Origin: Felis catus
Taxonomy: Eukaryota
Length of the DNA: 60,000 bases
Direction of reading: 5' to 3'
Assembly: GCF_018350175.1 (NCBI RefSeq)
Contig: NC_058369.1
Coordinates: 18,106,001 to 18,166,000, forward strand
The position numbers were made by a program, and so were the translations under genes. The notes beneath the pieces were generated by a model that worked only from the letters and a program-made list of their open reading frames with translations, ran no database searches and was not told the origin of the DNA. How positions within the stretch are numbered: position 1 is the first letter of the stretch; each line of letters begins with the position of its first letter. Of this stretch, positions 41,048-53,570 are shown one piece after another.

Positions 41048-41911
41048 TTAAGAAACAAAATTTCTATTCACTCTTGTACGGTGAATGGGAAGCTGGAGAA
41101 CTGGGCGAAAGAGTAAAAAGAAAAAGCCGAGCCCGGATGGTCTCTGCGGCTCGGGGGCCACCAGGCGGCAGCCTGAGAGTGTAGGCAGAAATTGCCGTCC
41201 CAGCGCGCTGACCCGAAGGCCCAGTTCTCTTTCCACCAGATAGGGGCCGGGAAACAACAGTCCTTTATCCACTCCACGGACGTCATTATGTCTTCTGTGC
41301 GCTACACTCGAATACAAACAGTGAAGCGAGGAGTCCATCAGAAAAACGCTGGTTAAATATCCTGGCGGGCGGCGCTGGTGAAAGCCGGAAGAGATGCCTT
41401 GACCACTCTCCAATAAGCCGACCCCTCTCCCCCGAGGCCTCCCTCAGCCTTCTGGGCCGGCCGTACCCCGCTCACACTCGGGATCTGAGTGCCGGGGTGT
41501 AGCGAAGCGCCAGCCAAGGGACGCTAATACCCAGCGCCAGTCGCGACCTCAGCGACCGCGGGTCGACCCCGGGCCGGAAGTGACGCAACCGTACTGAGCA
41601 CTTCCGGAGCTGCGGAGACGGCTCCGCGGGAGGAAGGAGCGCGGGCCTTGACCGGCGTCGGCCCGTCGCCTCCGCTGTCGCTTCTGCTACAGTGTCCGAT
41701 CCGTCTGGCCCGGCCAGACCCGGTCTGGCCTGCCCGGGCTCAGCGGCCGCGGGCTGCGGCTCCCGGTAAGTGTGCGGCGCAGGTCGCGGCCTTGTTTACC
41801 CCGGCGCGCCGGGGAGGGGGGGTGGGCTCCCCGCGCGCCTCCCTGGCCCGGCCGGGGCTCCGCCTTCGTCGCCGTCCGCGAGGCCCCCGTGCCCCCCGGC
41901 CTCGGGTTCAC
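41048..41911 (-). ncRNA. ARIH2OS: Region orthologous to ARIH2OS (C3orf71) antisense transcript; reading frame fragmented here
   Basis: Minus-strand ORF pieces (RPLSPGRPDRVWPGQTDR; LTSVFLMDSSLHCLYS) resemble the human ARIH2OS peptide as I recall it; transcription cannot be seen from DNA. Confidence 0.45.
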
Positions 41912-42330
41912 CGTCTCAGCTCCCAGAGCCTCCCGCGGAGGGGCGGCTGAAGGCTACGGCCGGGGCGGGCGGGCGCCTGGCGTCTCTCAGTTTTTTCTCG
42001 TCCCGCCGTCTTCTCAGCTGGTGGAGAGGTCGGAGGCCAGCGCCTCTGACCGACTGGCGCCGGCGCATCTGGGCCCTCCCTACCGGGCGCGCCGGGGAAA
42101 CGCGCCGCCTCTGGGGCTTCCAACTCCAGTCATCTTTCGGAGCCTTCGCAGTGCCATTCGCACGGTTAGTTAACGCCCGCCTGCGAAGGGTCCACTAGCG
42201 CGTGGGCTCCGTGTCCTCGAGGCTGTCCCGGCGCCTCGGTACCGACATTCGGCCCAAGAGCTGAGCTGCCGTCTCGCCGGACGCTGCTGTGCTAGCCGCG
42301 GGAGAGGCAGCCGTGTTTTCGAATGACTTC
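41100..42330. promoter_or_regulatory. CpG island, probable bidirectional promoter of ARIH2 / ARIH2OS
   Basis: Very CpG-rich; ETS-CRE composite CCGGAAGTGACGCA at 41574-41587, inverted ETS CACTTCCGG at 41599-41607, CCAAT at 41410-41414, no obvious TATA. Confidence 0.9.
41600..41765 (+). other. ARIH2: ARIH2 non-coding exon 1 (5' start approximate)
   Basis: Consensus donor CCG|GTAAGT at 41765/41766 just downstream of the ETS motifs in the CpG island. Confidence 0.8.
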
Positions 42331-42347
42331 ACCTCTGTACTGATTGT

Positions 42348-42553
42348 TGCTCTGTCCCGTAGAACTTTCTGCCACAATGGACATATTCTATACTTCTGCT
42401 GCTAAGTAGGATAGTCCCTAGCCACACGTGGCTGTTGAGCATTTGACTTGTGGCTAGTGCTACTGAAAACCCAACTTTTAGGTTTTATTTAATTTTTAAG
42501 TTAAATTTTAATAACCACATGGGGCTAGTGCCAACCATCTTAGGATGGTGTAG
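42348..42553. mobile_element. MER3-like hAT-Charlie DNA transposon
   Basis: ctgtccc.tagaactttctg...ctagccacacgtggctgttgagca...accacatggggctagtg pattern. Confidence 0.75.
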
Positions 42554-44506
42554 TGTGGAGTTTTGAAACTAAGTTGCTGGTTCATATTTTAAAAGTGCTA
42601 AGTAGTTTTCTTTGGAGATGTAACCTTAGTAAATGACCATTCAGAGCCAAATATTATGTCTGGAGTAAACATCGTCGGACTCGCCAAAAAGTGTTTTGTT
42701 CTTGTCAACTTTAAACTGAGAGAGAAGTCTTCAGTTTGGGTCCTTTAGCCCAGGGAGGGTGTCACGTCTTTTGAACACGTGACTTTGGCTCTGGAGGAGA
42801 AGTAATTTCTGTTACTCCTCTGTCTAGGGTGTAGGGATAATAGCTAACATCTAAAGGAAGTTAAAGCGTTGTCATCAGTTCTGTTAATAAGACATTCTGG
42901 ACCCTTTGAGCAATGTCAGCACTCTTTTAAGTAGAATTAGGGATATTTAACTTTGAAAAGATTAGTGTTTAAATCTAAACCTAGAACACCTACTAAGTAT
43001 GAAATGGCTCTTTTTTGGAGGGGAGTCTGAAAGTTTACCCTGCTTCTTGAGTATTTAATTGGTGAGAAGCCTATGGGCAAACCTCTAAGCTCCAATCCTG
43101 GGGAGAAATCCAGAGAAAGTGGAAAGCATGGCCTTTTGTTGTGATTCTGCAGGTAGATAGTATTAGGTTTTCTGGGAGGGTGATGGAGATTTATGAATCC
43201 TCATAGGTCATGAATCTTGTGGAAGTATTGTCTCTGGGTAATACTGGTTGCAGCAGTTGTGATCTGGACAAGTTACTTAACTTTTTTGAACTGTAGCTTC
43301 CTCATTTGTAAGAAGTGGATGATAGTCACCTTGTAGGATTGTGAAGATTTAATGAGAATGAGTCAAACCTGAAATTGGCTGTCATTAAATGAGAACTAAT
43401 ATTGGTAGTGAAATTTTGTAGATGGGAACAATATTTATAGAGTTTATTCGCCCAAGAAGCAGTATCTTGCATAAAAATACAGGTTAAAAGATATTTAAAA
43501 AATCAGTTCTCTATTTAAAAAAATTTTTTTTAACGTTTATTAATTTTTGGAGACAGGCAGAGCACAAGTGGGGGGGGGGCAGAGAGAGAGGGAGATACAG
43601 AACCTGACACAGGCTCCAAGCCCCGAGCTGTCAGCACAGAGCCTTACCGGGCTCAAACTCATGAACCATGAGACCATGATCTGAGCCCAAGTCAGCACTT
43701 AACCGACTGAGCCACCCAGGTGCCCCAGTTTTCTATTTTAGAAATAATTTTACATAATCATTGGACTTTAATTTTCATTTAGTTTATATTTACCTGTGTT
43801 AGAAGTATTTTTTTGAAGTTATAAATTCTGGTTTTCTAGGAAATCCTAAAGGATAAAGAAATAGACATAAGATTTCTTACTGAGTAAGCACGTAATAGTA
43901 CTTAGTTTTGTATAGTGAGATCTGTATCTGAGAAGGTCGGATGGCCTTTGAGCATGTCAGAAGAGAGGCAGCAAATGGATGTTAATATAGCCTACTTGAC
44001 ATCCTATTGGGGACACTTTTTATTTCACAATAACTTTTTCATGAGTAAAGGGAGGTCTGAAATATTGGCAATATTCTGTATTAGACACCATGGAAGTGAC
44101 TTTATACTAAGTCTCATTTTAAGCCAGTTGCAGTTTGCTAACTTCTGTGTAACCTTTAGGATTGAAATTGTGCTAGTAATTTAGGAAATCTGAGCCATAG
44201 GAGCAAGGTGGTGGGTTTCCAAACTGAGGAGAGGGATTGGGTATCTATTTACATCGCCAGTACTCCAGGTTAAATTATTATCAGCTGTTTACTTTGAATA
44301 CTTTCTTTTTTAGAAGGCCGTGTAACTCTTTTCAGTATAATGACATACAGGTTTCTGTGGGACTTACAAGAAAATAATTTCATAGTTACTCTGGTCTCTT
44401 GCTGCATATCCTTTTAAATGTCTTTGCTTTTAAAAAAAATAATAAATTTGCAAAACCAGGGTGCCAACTTAAAAAATTTAAATAGAGTTGTGTCTTTTCA
44501 TTTTAG

Positions 44507-44568
44507 ATGGAAGTTATATGACATAGAATATTTGGGGTGACATCTTGAAAGATCTTCAAGAATTACAG
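44507..44568 (+). other. ARIH2: Candidate ARIH2 5' UTR exon (62 nt)
   Basis: Pyrimidine tract tcttttcattttag| and donor CAG|GTATTT in unique sequence between exon 1 and the first coding exon. Confidence 0.5.
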
Positions 44569-45008
44569 GTATTTTTAATTTAAAGATTAACTTTTTTTTT
44601 CTAAAGGAAAAGTACCATAGTTTATTTGTAATTAGGTCATTCTATACCAAACAGTTTGTTAGAAGTCAAACTGCAAATTCCCTTTGATTAATGTGATTAA
44701 AAAAAAAAAAAACTGGGCATTTATGGTTAGCATGTCAAACTTCAATTCCCTGCTATTTTTATAATATCATTAAAAGGTGGCTCTGTAGTCCTTTAGACTG
44801 GTTACAGAGTCAGTACACGTTCATTTTCATGTGTTTTAATTTTTATCTTTGTCTTATTTATGGTCAGATAGACTTCATATATACTTTTGCATTTAATCCA
44901 GATTTGGTTATGGAAGTTATTTACATACCATTCAATCCAGATGCTCTTGCATTTTAAAATCCTATTAGTTTTTAGATTTAAATCACTGTTTAATACTGTT
45001 TCTTGCAG

Positions 45009-45072
45009 ATGATCACTTGGAACGGTACTTATGCAGAAAAGTTAATGGGTTTTTACCAAAATCTTCTCTGAG
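45009..45072 (+). other. ARIH2: Second candidate ARIH2 5' UTR exon (64 nt)
   Basis: Acceptor tgtttcttgcag| and weaker donor GAG|GTGAAG. Confidence 0.35.
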
Positions 45073-45667
45073 GTGAAGTTAGGACTTGGGATTGTTTTGC
45101 TTTCTCAACTAGTATTCTCTTTTCATTTGTAATTGAGTAACATTTTGACCTCTGAGGTTTTTTTTTAATAACTTGTTCCATTTGAACTCTTTTTCTTCAT
45201 CTTAAATAGATTTTGGTTTTTCCTACCCTTCATTCGGTCAAGGCAGAATATGCGTAGTTTTCCTTCAATTTGTAGTTTTCCTTCACCATTGGATCAATTT
45301 CTTTGCCTCAAAGTACCCCTTTTAAAGAATCAGTAGAGGGGCGCCTGGGTGGCTCAGTCGGTTAAGTGTCCGACTTCGGCTCGGGTCATGATCTCACGGT
45401 CCGTGAGTTCGAGCCCCGCGTCGGGCTCTGTGCTGACCTCTCAGAGCCTGGAGCCCGTTTCAGATTCTGTGTCTCCCTCTCTCTCTGCCCCTCCCCTGTT
45501 CATGCTCTGTCTCTCTCTGTCTCAAAAATAAATAAACGTTAAAAAAAAAAATTAAAAAAAAAAAAAAGAATCAGAGGGGTGCCTCACTGGCTTAGTCAGT
45601 GGAGCATGCGACTCTTGATCTCGGGGTTGTGAGTTCATGCCCCACACTGGGTGTAGAGATTACTTAA

Positions 45668-45838
<171 letters not shown>

Positions 45839-46735
45839 ATCAGTAGAATCCTTTAAAACTGAAAAATCAGTTAACTCTGCAGACTAGAGGAGGATGTTGA
45901 AGAGCTTTGTGCCTTTTATTTTTTCTTAACTAACTATGCACCTGTTTTTCAGATATCTGAGAGCAATGTCTGTGGAACAGTGGTATTTTTTTCCTAGACA
46001 TTACAGAGGGAAGGAACTATGTCATTTGTGTACTTTATGTGTCACCGCTTAGTGCGGTGTAATTAGCAAAGAGATTTTAAACTTTGGTAGTTCAGCCTTT
46101 AGGTTGCTTCACCTGTGGAGATGTGCCTTTTTTTTTTTTTTTTTTTTTTAAGTTTGTTTATTTTGAGAGAGAGCGAGGGAGAGAGGGAATCCCAAGCAGG
46201 CTCCTCGCTGTCAGCGCAGAGCTCAGTGTGGGGCTCGATCTCACAAACCATGAGATCATGATCTGAGCTGAAATCAAGAGTCAGATGCCCAACTGACTGA
46301 GCCATCTAGGCTCCCAGTGCCTCTTTCTTAAGGACTCCCACAAGAAGGATAAATCCATGGGAATTTGACCCCTTGACATGGAGCAGATGGCCTTCCTTAT
46401 TTTCCATGTGAGGCCCTTCTTGTGAAGTTACCATCATTAGCTGCTTCTGCCCTTCAAGGAAAGAGTTTCCCTTCGATAAGCTTGGGCAGGGAGATGATGG
46501 TGAAGTTTCCTGTATGAGATCAGAGTTGGAATAGGCCATAATGGGGGGTAGGGCCAGCCTATGACATTTTGATTTTTGAATGGTTACTGTTATAACTTAT
46601 AGTGAAAGTAACACTTATTTTTTTCTTTTCCTTCCTTAGAAGACAAAAAACACTAATGCATTTGAGAAAGTGGTAAAGTTTGGGGGGAGGGGAAAAAAAC
46701 TGCTTTCCTGATCTGCAACTTGGCTGGATGCTAAG

Positions 46736-46984
46736 ATGTCTGTGGACATGAATAGCCAGGGGTCTGACAGCAATGAAGAGGACTATGACCCAAATTGTGA
46801 GGAAGAAGAAGAGGATGAAGACCCTGGGGACATAGAGGACTATTACGTGGGAGTAGCCAGCGATGTTGAGCAGCAGGGAGCCGATGCCTTTGATCCTGAG
46901 GAGTACCAGTTCACCTGCTTGACCTACAAGGAGTCCGAGGGTGCCCTCAATGAGCACATGACCAGCTTAGCCTCTGTCCTAAAG
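46736..46984 (+). CDS. ARIH2: ARIH2 first coding exon, acidic N-terminus ([37 protein letters not shown]...SLASVLK, 83 aa); exon starts at 46640 or 46643
   Basis: Recognisable ariadne-2/TRIAD1 N-terminus; acceptor cttccttag|aag (NAGNAG); donor AAG|GTGAGC; conserved synteny with SLC25A20. Confidence 0.96.
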
Positions 46985-49900
46985 GTGAGCAGTATTGTCA
47001 ATTCCAGGTATAATGCCCCCAGTTAAATCTAAATATGAGCTGTTGCTAACTGATGTCTCCTCTGTATTGATCAAATGAATGGCCCTGTAGTGAAACCAAA
47101 TTTAGGTGTATGCTGCATTAGTTGGACACATTTGATGCTTCACTTTGTTTTCTAATATATGTGTATCTAAGGTCCTCAAATTCCCAAATTACTAAGAATT
47201 AAAAAGGAAGGGTGGGGTAGATTCAGGATAGACTGGAAGTACATTGAAGCGGAATTGCATACATTAACACTGGTTTCAGAAAGTGTGTTTTATGAAACTT
47301 TATGAGGTAAGATATGATTAGCCTCAGGATTGTCATCCTCTACATGACCATGTATGAATGACTGGCAAATGTCTTGAGAGGTACCCAGGGTATGCCCTGA
47401 ATAATCAGTGCCTCTGTGCTAATTGAGCTCTGTTGTATCATAAACTAATGTCTAATGTTGAAAGAAATTTTAGCTTGTTTCACTGATTTTGGGGTTTTAT
47501 ATGGAAAATTTAAAGAGTTGATTATTCCAGCAAGAATCTTATTTTTAACACTTAAACTAGCATGCTTTTCAATCTTGCGCCCCAGGCCAGTTATTGTTCT
47601 TACCATGCACATTTTGTGCTATGTAATATTAGACTAGTACATAGTACACTCACATAGAACACTGTGTGCTATGAATATCTTTATGTCATTTAGACAATTT
47701 CCCAGCATGTTTTCTTTCTCCTCTAATGTTGGCCATTATGTGAAAGTGGGGACATTTCTCTTATTTCATTGTTTTCGCTGACCTTCCTTCAGAAACTGTT
47801 ATATGGATCTTGTTTTCTGCTCAAATTGAAGGTCAAGGACACATTGGCATGATTTCAACCAAATAATTGTCTTGTTGGTATTTAAATGGAAGTAACTAAG
47901 ATGTGCTGTGTTATTTTTGTAAAAGCTGCTTTATCTACTAGTTTAGGGATTTTTTTTTTTTTTTCCAGGTAGTCAGCAAAGGCTAACTAATATCTTGGAT
48001 TTAGATAGTCAGGGCTTTATTACCAGCTAGTTGGAAGTTGAAATCTAAAACTTTTTTTGTGACTCACTTTTGGAAGGATTGGAGAATTCTTGTGCTCAGC
48101 AGAAAGCTCTGAAGAATGGAGACCCATTGGAACATCTGGATTTGGGATTTCTACACCATAACTTTAGCAAAGCTGCTGGGACCTCTGTTTCCAGAGGACA
48201 TTTCCCTGGTAGAAAAAGAAGCATCAGGTCTCTTCCTCACAATGCACACCTCTCTATCTGATCAACTCGTTTCTTTAACCATATTGTTAGGTTATACACA
48301 GTGTTGGCATTTAAATAGAAAAGGTATCATCAGGTGTGTGGCTATGTGCTGGAGATTATCAGTTGACTAAGTTCATCAGGACGTTCCATCTATGCATAAG
48401 AATTCTGTTTGTCAAGCAATCTGTGCTGATTTTCCTACCCTTTTGGAGAGAGGTGAGGGACCCAGGCACGTGTCCTCCTTTTTTTTAAATTGTGGTAAAA
48501 TACATGTAACATTTACGATTTTACATTCTTTCTTCTTATTAAGCTGATACAGGGTCAGCCCCCTGGAAAGTCTTCCTCCCATAGAAAGCCCTCCCTTTCC
48601 TTCTTCACTTTTTATACCCTCAGAGGTCCTTCAGTCTAGCTTATACTTTTCCTGAGCAAGCCTTCTTGAGACTCCTACAACATAGTGGTTGTACTCTCCT
48701 TTGGTCTCAGGGCCCAAACATCACAACCCATGTATATTAGAGCACATACTGCAGTCTTCTGACTGCTTTATCTTGTTTAACCTTTTTGCATATTTTTGCA
48801 TGATCTCTCCAACTAGATTGTCACTTCTTAGAGGGCAGAAACTGCTTTATTCCTTTTCTTCCCCCATCATTCCTGTCTCAGTGTTTCATCCATAGTAGGT
48901 GTTGAATAATTTCTTGGATACCGTGATTTCTTGGATACTGTGGGTTTTGTCAACTGTTGATGACAATAGCTGATGCTGTTGGTATGAGCTAGATTCCCTA
49001 GTCCCTCTACTGTACATCCTTCTCTGTTGTCATGAAAAGGCATTATGGCCATGTTGTTCAAGTGTCAACTATAGTCATTAGAGATTAGATTGCCAGGTAA
49101 GGTATTATAGGAGAGGAAAAATCTCTGACAAATATTTGTAGTCGATTACGTAGGTATGAGTCTTTAAGGAAAACAAAGTTAAAGATCGTGAAAAGAAGAA
49201 GCAAAAAGTACTTGGTGTAGAGATGAAGGAGTAAAAAAAGATGGAAGAATGTTGAAACACAAGGAAAGGGTTAAAGAGAAAATGGGGCAAAGAAGAAAAT
49301 AGCCCATGAAAATTTAGATCTCGGTAGAAGATAGATTTTTTTTTCCTCCCTCCCTAGACCTCACTGAGGAGCATGTTAATAACCCATTTTCTTTCTGGGG
49401 CTGGGCAGCAAGGGTCTGGGTTCTTTTGGTGGTTTGGCTACATATAAAGGGACTTAGTGGTGTTTTAAGTAGTTTGGGAATTTGACCAAAGAGGCTAGGC
49501 AAAAACAGCTAAATTAAGAGTAAAGAGGAAATCACACACAATCTTTCTTTTTCAGACTGGCTAAAAACTAATGTTTTTATTTTTGTGATATTTTATTTTT
49601 CTATATAATATATCATGAGGCAGGAGGGGATAATTTAAGTGCTGCGTTTACAGAATGGTGTTTATTGCTGCTTTGGCTGTTCTAGCTCCCCTGTTGCATG
49701 TGTATCAGAGAGTGGAGCTCAGTGGTGATCATCCAAATCACTGCTGGTGTTCCCCATTGATCATGGTGTTTGCACAACTCCATGACATATTGAGATACTT
49801 AATTATTTTATTGATTTAGGTGTTTGACTAGTAGAAAATATGACACGTATGTGGTTTAAAACTCTGCCATATGAACAGTTGTCTATGAATGAAAGCTAAG

Positions 49901-50303
49901 TTTGAGGACTGGCTTGACTTTTTCACTGATACTTGTGTTTATTTTACTTTGTTGTGTATTGTTAGTTGCCAATAGATGAGCCATTCTTCAGCATAAAAGT
50001 AACTTTATTATTGCCTTTTGAGATTTGACCTCTCTTAAATATTAAAATTCCAGTCTGGGCTTTTGGTGTCATGAGGGCCCCTGGTGTCAGGGTAACTTCC
50101 TATATGTGTTGTGAGACAGATCCATGAGTAAGATCATTAATTGAGAAAGGAAACTTCCCAGGAAATCAGATTAAGGGCTAAGGATAGACAACAGAGAAAA
50201 TGCTTATCTGTTATGGGGTGGGGGGGGCAGCTACTGGTGTTCAAATAATAGCAAAACTAGAAGCATTGTTTTTAGAATGAGCTGTCATCTTACAGATAGA
50301 ATA

Positions 50304-50627
50304 CAGTTGACCCTTGAACAATGCAGGGATTAGGGATGCCAACCCCCACACTGCCAAAAATCGATATATATATAACTTTGACTCCCCCAATCTTAATACT
50401 AATAGTTTACTGTTGACTGGAAGCCTTACCAATGACATAAACAGTCAATTAACACATGTTTTGTATGTTATATGTATTGTGTACTGTATTCTTACAATAA
50501 AGTAAGCTAGAGAAAAGAGAATGTTACTAAGAAAATCATAGGGAAAAGACATTTATAGTACTGTAGTGTAAAAAATTTGCATGTAAGTGGTTTTGCCCAG
50601 TTCAAGCCCATGTTCAAGTGTCAACTG
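50304..50627 (+). mobile_element. Tigger2/MER8-type non-autonomous DNA transposon
   Basis: TIRs CAGTTGACCCTTGAACA ... TGTTCAAGTGTCAACTG with TA target duplication. Confidence 0.9.
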
Positions 50628-52737
50628 TAGTCATTAGAGATTAGATGATTGCCAGGTGAGGTACTATGTTGTAGGAGAGGAAAAATCTTTGACAAATATT
50701 TGTAGTCAGTTACGTAGGTATGAGTCTTTAAGGAAAACAGTTAACTTTTTAAAACACTGTATTTATTTTTATATGAAACTCACACAAAGATTATTTGATT
50801 GTTATTGTTATAGATGAGAGAGGTCTTTTCTAGTAGTAACAGACATTTTTATTGCAAAATGTGCACTAGTTAGCCAAGAGGAATTTTGTCATTCAGTGAA
50901 TCCTGTTAGTACTGTTCTGTGAAAATCCTGAGGCATTTGCTGTTGGCTGCTCAGGAAGGAGCTCAGCCATGGGAGAACCCCAGACAGTCTAGGCTGGCTT
51001 GCATTGGTGATGGGCCAGGGGAATCTCCTGCATGGTGCGCTCCTTCTCTCAGTAGCACATTAGGGGTGTGGGCGGGAGACAAGTGTTGTTATGTTGTTCA
51101 AGACCCCACCCAATTGCATAAGAAGGGAGAAGAAATGGTCACTTTGGGCTAGATCTAGTCTATGGAGCAACAATGAGCTGTCTGAACTTGTGACTGGAGA
51201 ACCTTGAAAGTGGAGTAGAAGGGCAGTGCAGGTAACACAAGTCCAAGCTCCATGGGTCAATGAATTGGGTGGAAAAGTTACCTTCTGTGCTAGAGTGGGA
51301 GACTAAGAACTATAGGTAAAAGAGAATAACACATGGAGGATCATAAATGCAGCCTGAGGTGTCTTTACTATTTGGAGGAAAGGAACAGAATTTTTAAACT
51401 TCTTCAGTGCTGGACTGCACTATTTACTTCTTAAGCCTGGTGTTTGTTCCCCGGATAGGATTGGAGAAATAGGCTGGTTGTGAGTGTTTTTACTACAGTT
51501 CTTGCTTTATGAATTGCTGTATTAACTGCAGTGGAGCTGGGAAAATGTTATGTAGAAATCTTTATTCTGCCACTCTTGAATTTGCTTTAAAATCTAGTGT
51601 TAGATATTCAGCAAAATGTGGCTGGAAAATCTCTTATGATTCTTCTGGATCATTTTTCCCTTTTGTGGATGAATCATAATTGGTTTTCAGGGCTTCTGAC
51701 TCCCAAGTGCAGAAGTCTTTATAGTCTCATGTTCAAAACAACCTGGTTTCTACGCATTTCTCACTTGTAACATGAGCAGTTGATGTTCTTAACACAAAAT
51801 ACCTTATATTTAACCTTTCTCTTAAGTGGCATCAAGTTTTTGTATATCTAAACAAAGACTTTCATTTTACTTAACCAACTTTTTAATATCCTGATATAGC
51901 TGGATTTTGGACCATTTTATTTTTATTTACATATTAGTTAATGGTAATTGTTTTTTTATTACTTCTCAGGGGAAAGTATCCTCAAGCTGGGCTTGGTAAC
52001 ACTGAGTGTGTGCTGAGCAGCCGTCTGATTTCTATTTTTATGACCTGATGTCAGGTTTCTTTGCATGCCTGCATCTCAATAGAATCTAGATTCAATTCCT
52101 GTGTTTCAAATAGTTGGTTATTAGTGGGCGTGTTGACATACTTCATGATGCTTTAGTGTGGAAGTCTGATGTGTGTTTTACTGATGTATAAATTTATTTT
52201 AAAAGGGTGATGAGAAATGTCCAGAGTGACATTGAGAATTGCCTAAGACAACTAGTGCTACAATTGTCCCTGTCTTGCCAGTTTAGAAAGGTTATTGTCG
52301 TCATTGACTTTGTGTCCTCACTGTGCACCTGGCACCACGTACAGCAGGTTCACCGTCTCCCAGAAGAGAAGCCTTTAATCAGATTCAAGGCCAGCTTTCA
52401 TTCTAGTCTTTTTCTTGTGCTTTCACACTGTCATAGGAACCATGTGTAATCAAGGGGTGATTTTAACACCACACTTGTGTTCTAATCCTGAACTATTTAT
52501 TTATTTATATTTAACCTTCTTTGTTGAGGTGTTACTACAGTATTTAAGAAAAAATATCCTTCGTAATTCCATTAACCTATAATAAAAGTTTTCTTCCGTG
52601 CTTAGTATCCTTCAGACCTTGTCCGTATTCGTGTGTAATATTACTGTGCTTTTAGTTCATTCATTCAACCAATATTTATTGAGCACTTACTATCTGCCAG
52701 GCACTGGAATGATATTCTTCTGCTCTTTTCTTGTATA

Positions 52738-53168
52738 CAGGCATGCCTCAGATATTGCAGGTTTGGTTCCAGACTGCTGCAATAAAGCAAACATCACAAC
52801 AAAGCAAGTCAAATGAGTTTTGTGGTTTCCCAGCGCATATAAAAGTTATGTGTACACTGTACTATAAAGTGCAATAGCGTTGTGTCTATAAAACAATGTA
52901 AAAACCTTAATTAAGTATTTTAAGGCTAAAAAATGCTATTACCTGAGTTTTCAGCAAGTTGTAATCACAGATCACCATAACAAGTATAATAATAATGAAA
53001 AAGTTTAAAATACTGCAAGAGTTACCAAAAAGTGACACAGAGACACGAAGTGAGCAAATACTGTTGGAAAAATGGTGCCGACAGACTTGCCTGACCCATG
53101 GTTGCCACAAACCTTCAATTTGTAAAAAATGCAGTATCTGCGAAGGACAATAAAATGAGGTATGCCTG
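52738..53168 (+). mobile_element. Tigger1 internal-deletion derivative
   Basis: TIRs CAGGCATGCCTC ... GAGGTATGCCTG with TA target duplication; Tigger1 subterminal sequence. Confidence 0.9.
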
Positions 53169-53399
53169 TATTTTAAGTATTTCCCCTTGTTTTTACTTCA
53201 TCCTCATAAATTACTTTTAACGGGTAAATATCACACCATCATATTGAGCCATAATTTGCTCAGACTTTTCCTGATGGGCATTTAGGTGAATACTTATATG
53301 TGTGACAGTTCTTGTGAACTGGTTATACTGCTGTGAACATTTTTGTGAATGTGGCCTTTGTGTCTGTTGGGCCTTGGCAAGAGCCTGGGCTGGTGGTCA

Positions 53400-53570
53400 G
53401 ATGGTTGGGCTCTGTTCCCTTTTCTGCCATTTAATATAATGTGACCTTGGGTAAGTTCCTCAACATCTTTAAGCTTCAGTTTTCTCATCTGTAAAATAAT
53501 GATAATACCTCCTTCACAGTATTAAATGAGATAATGCACATAAAGTGCCGGGCACGTGAATATTCGAACA
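53400..53570 (-). mobile_element. MIR SINE
   Basis: MIR core gtgaccttgggtaagtt...cagttttctcatctgtaaaat; similar cores near 38400-38540 and 43260-43350. Confidence 0.8.

Noticed and set aside
41648..42198. Plus-strand ORFs of 100-142 aa in the ARIH2 CpG island
   Set aside because: Non-ATG starts, cross or follow the exon 1 donor, typical GC-rich artefacts
46985..47026. Read-through tail [13 protein letters not shown] of the ARIH2 ORF
   Set aside because: Intron sequence after a strong GTGAGC donor
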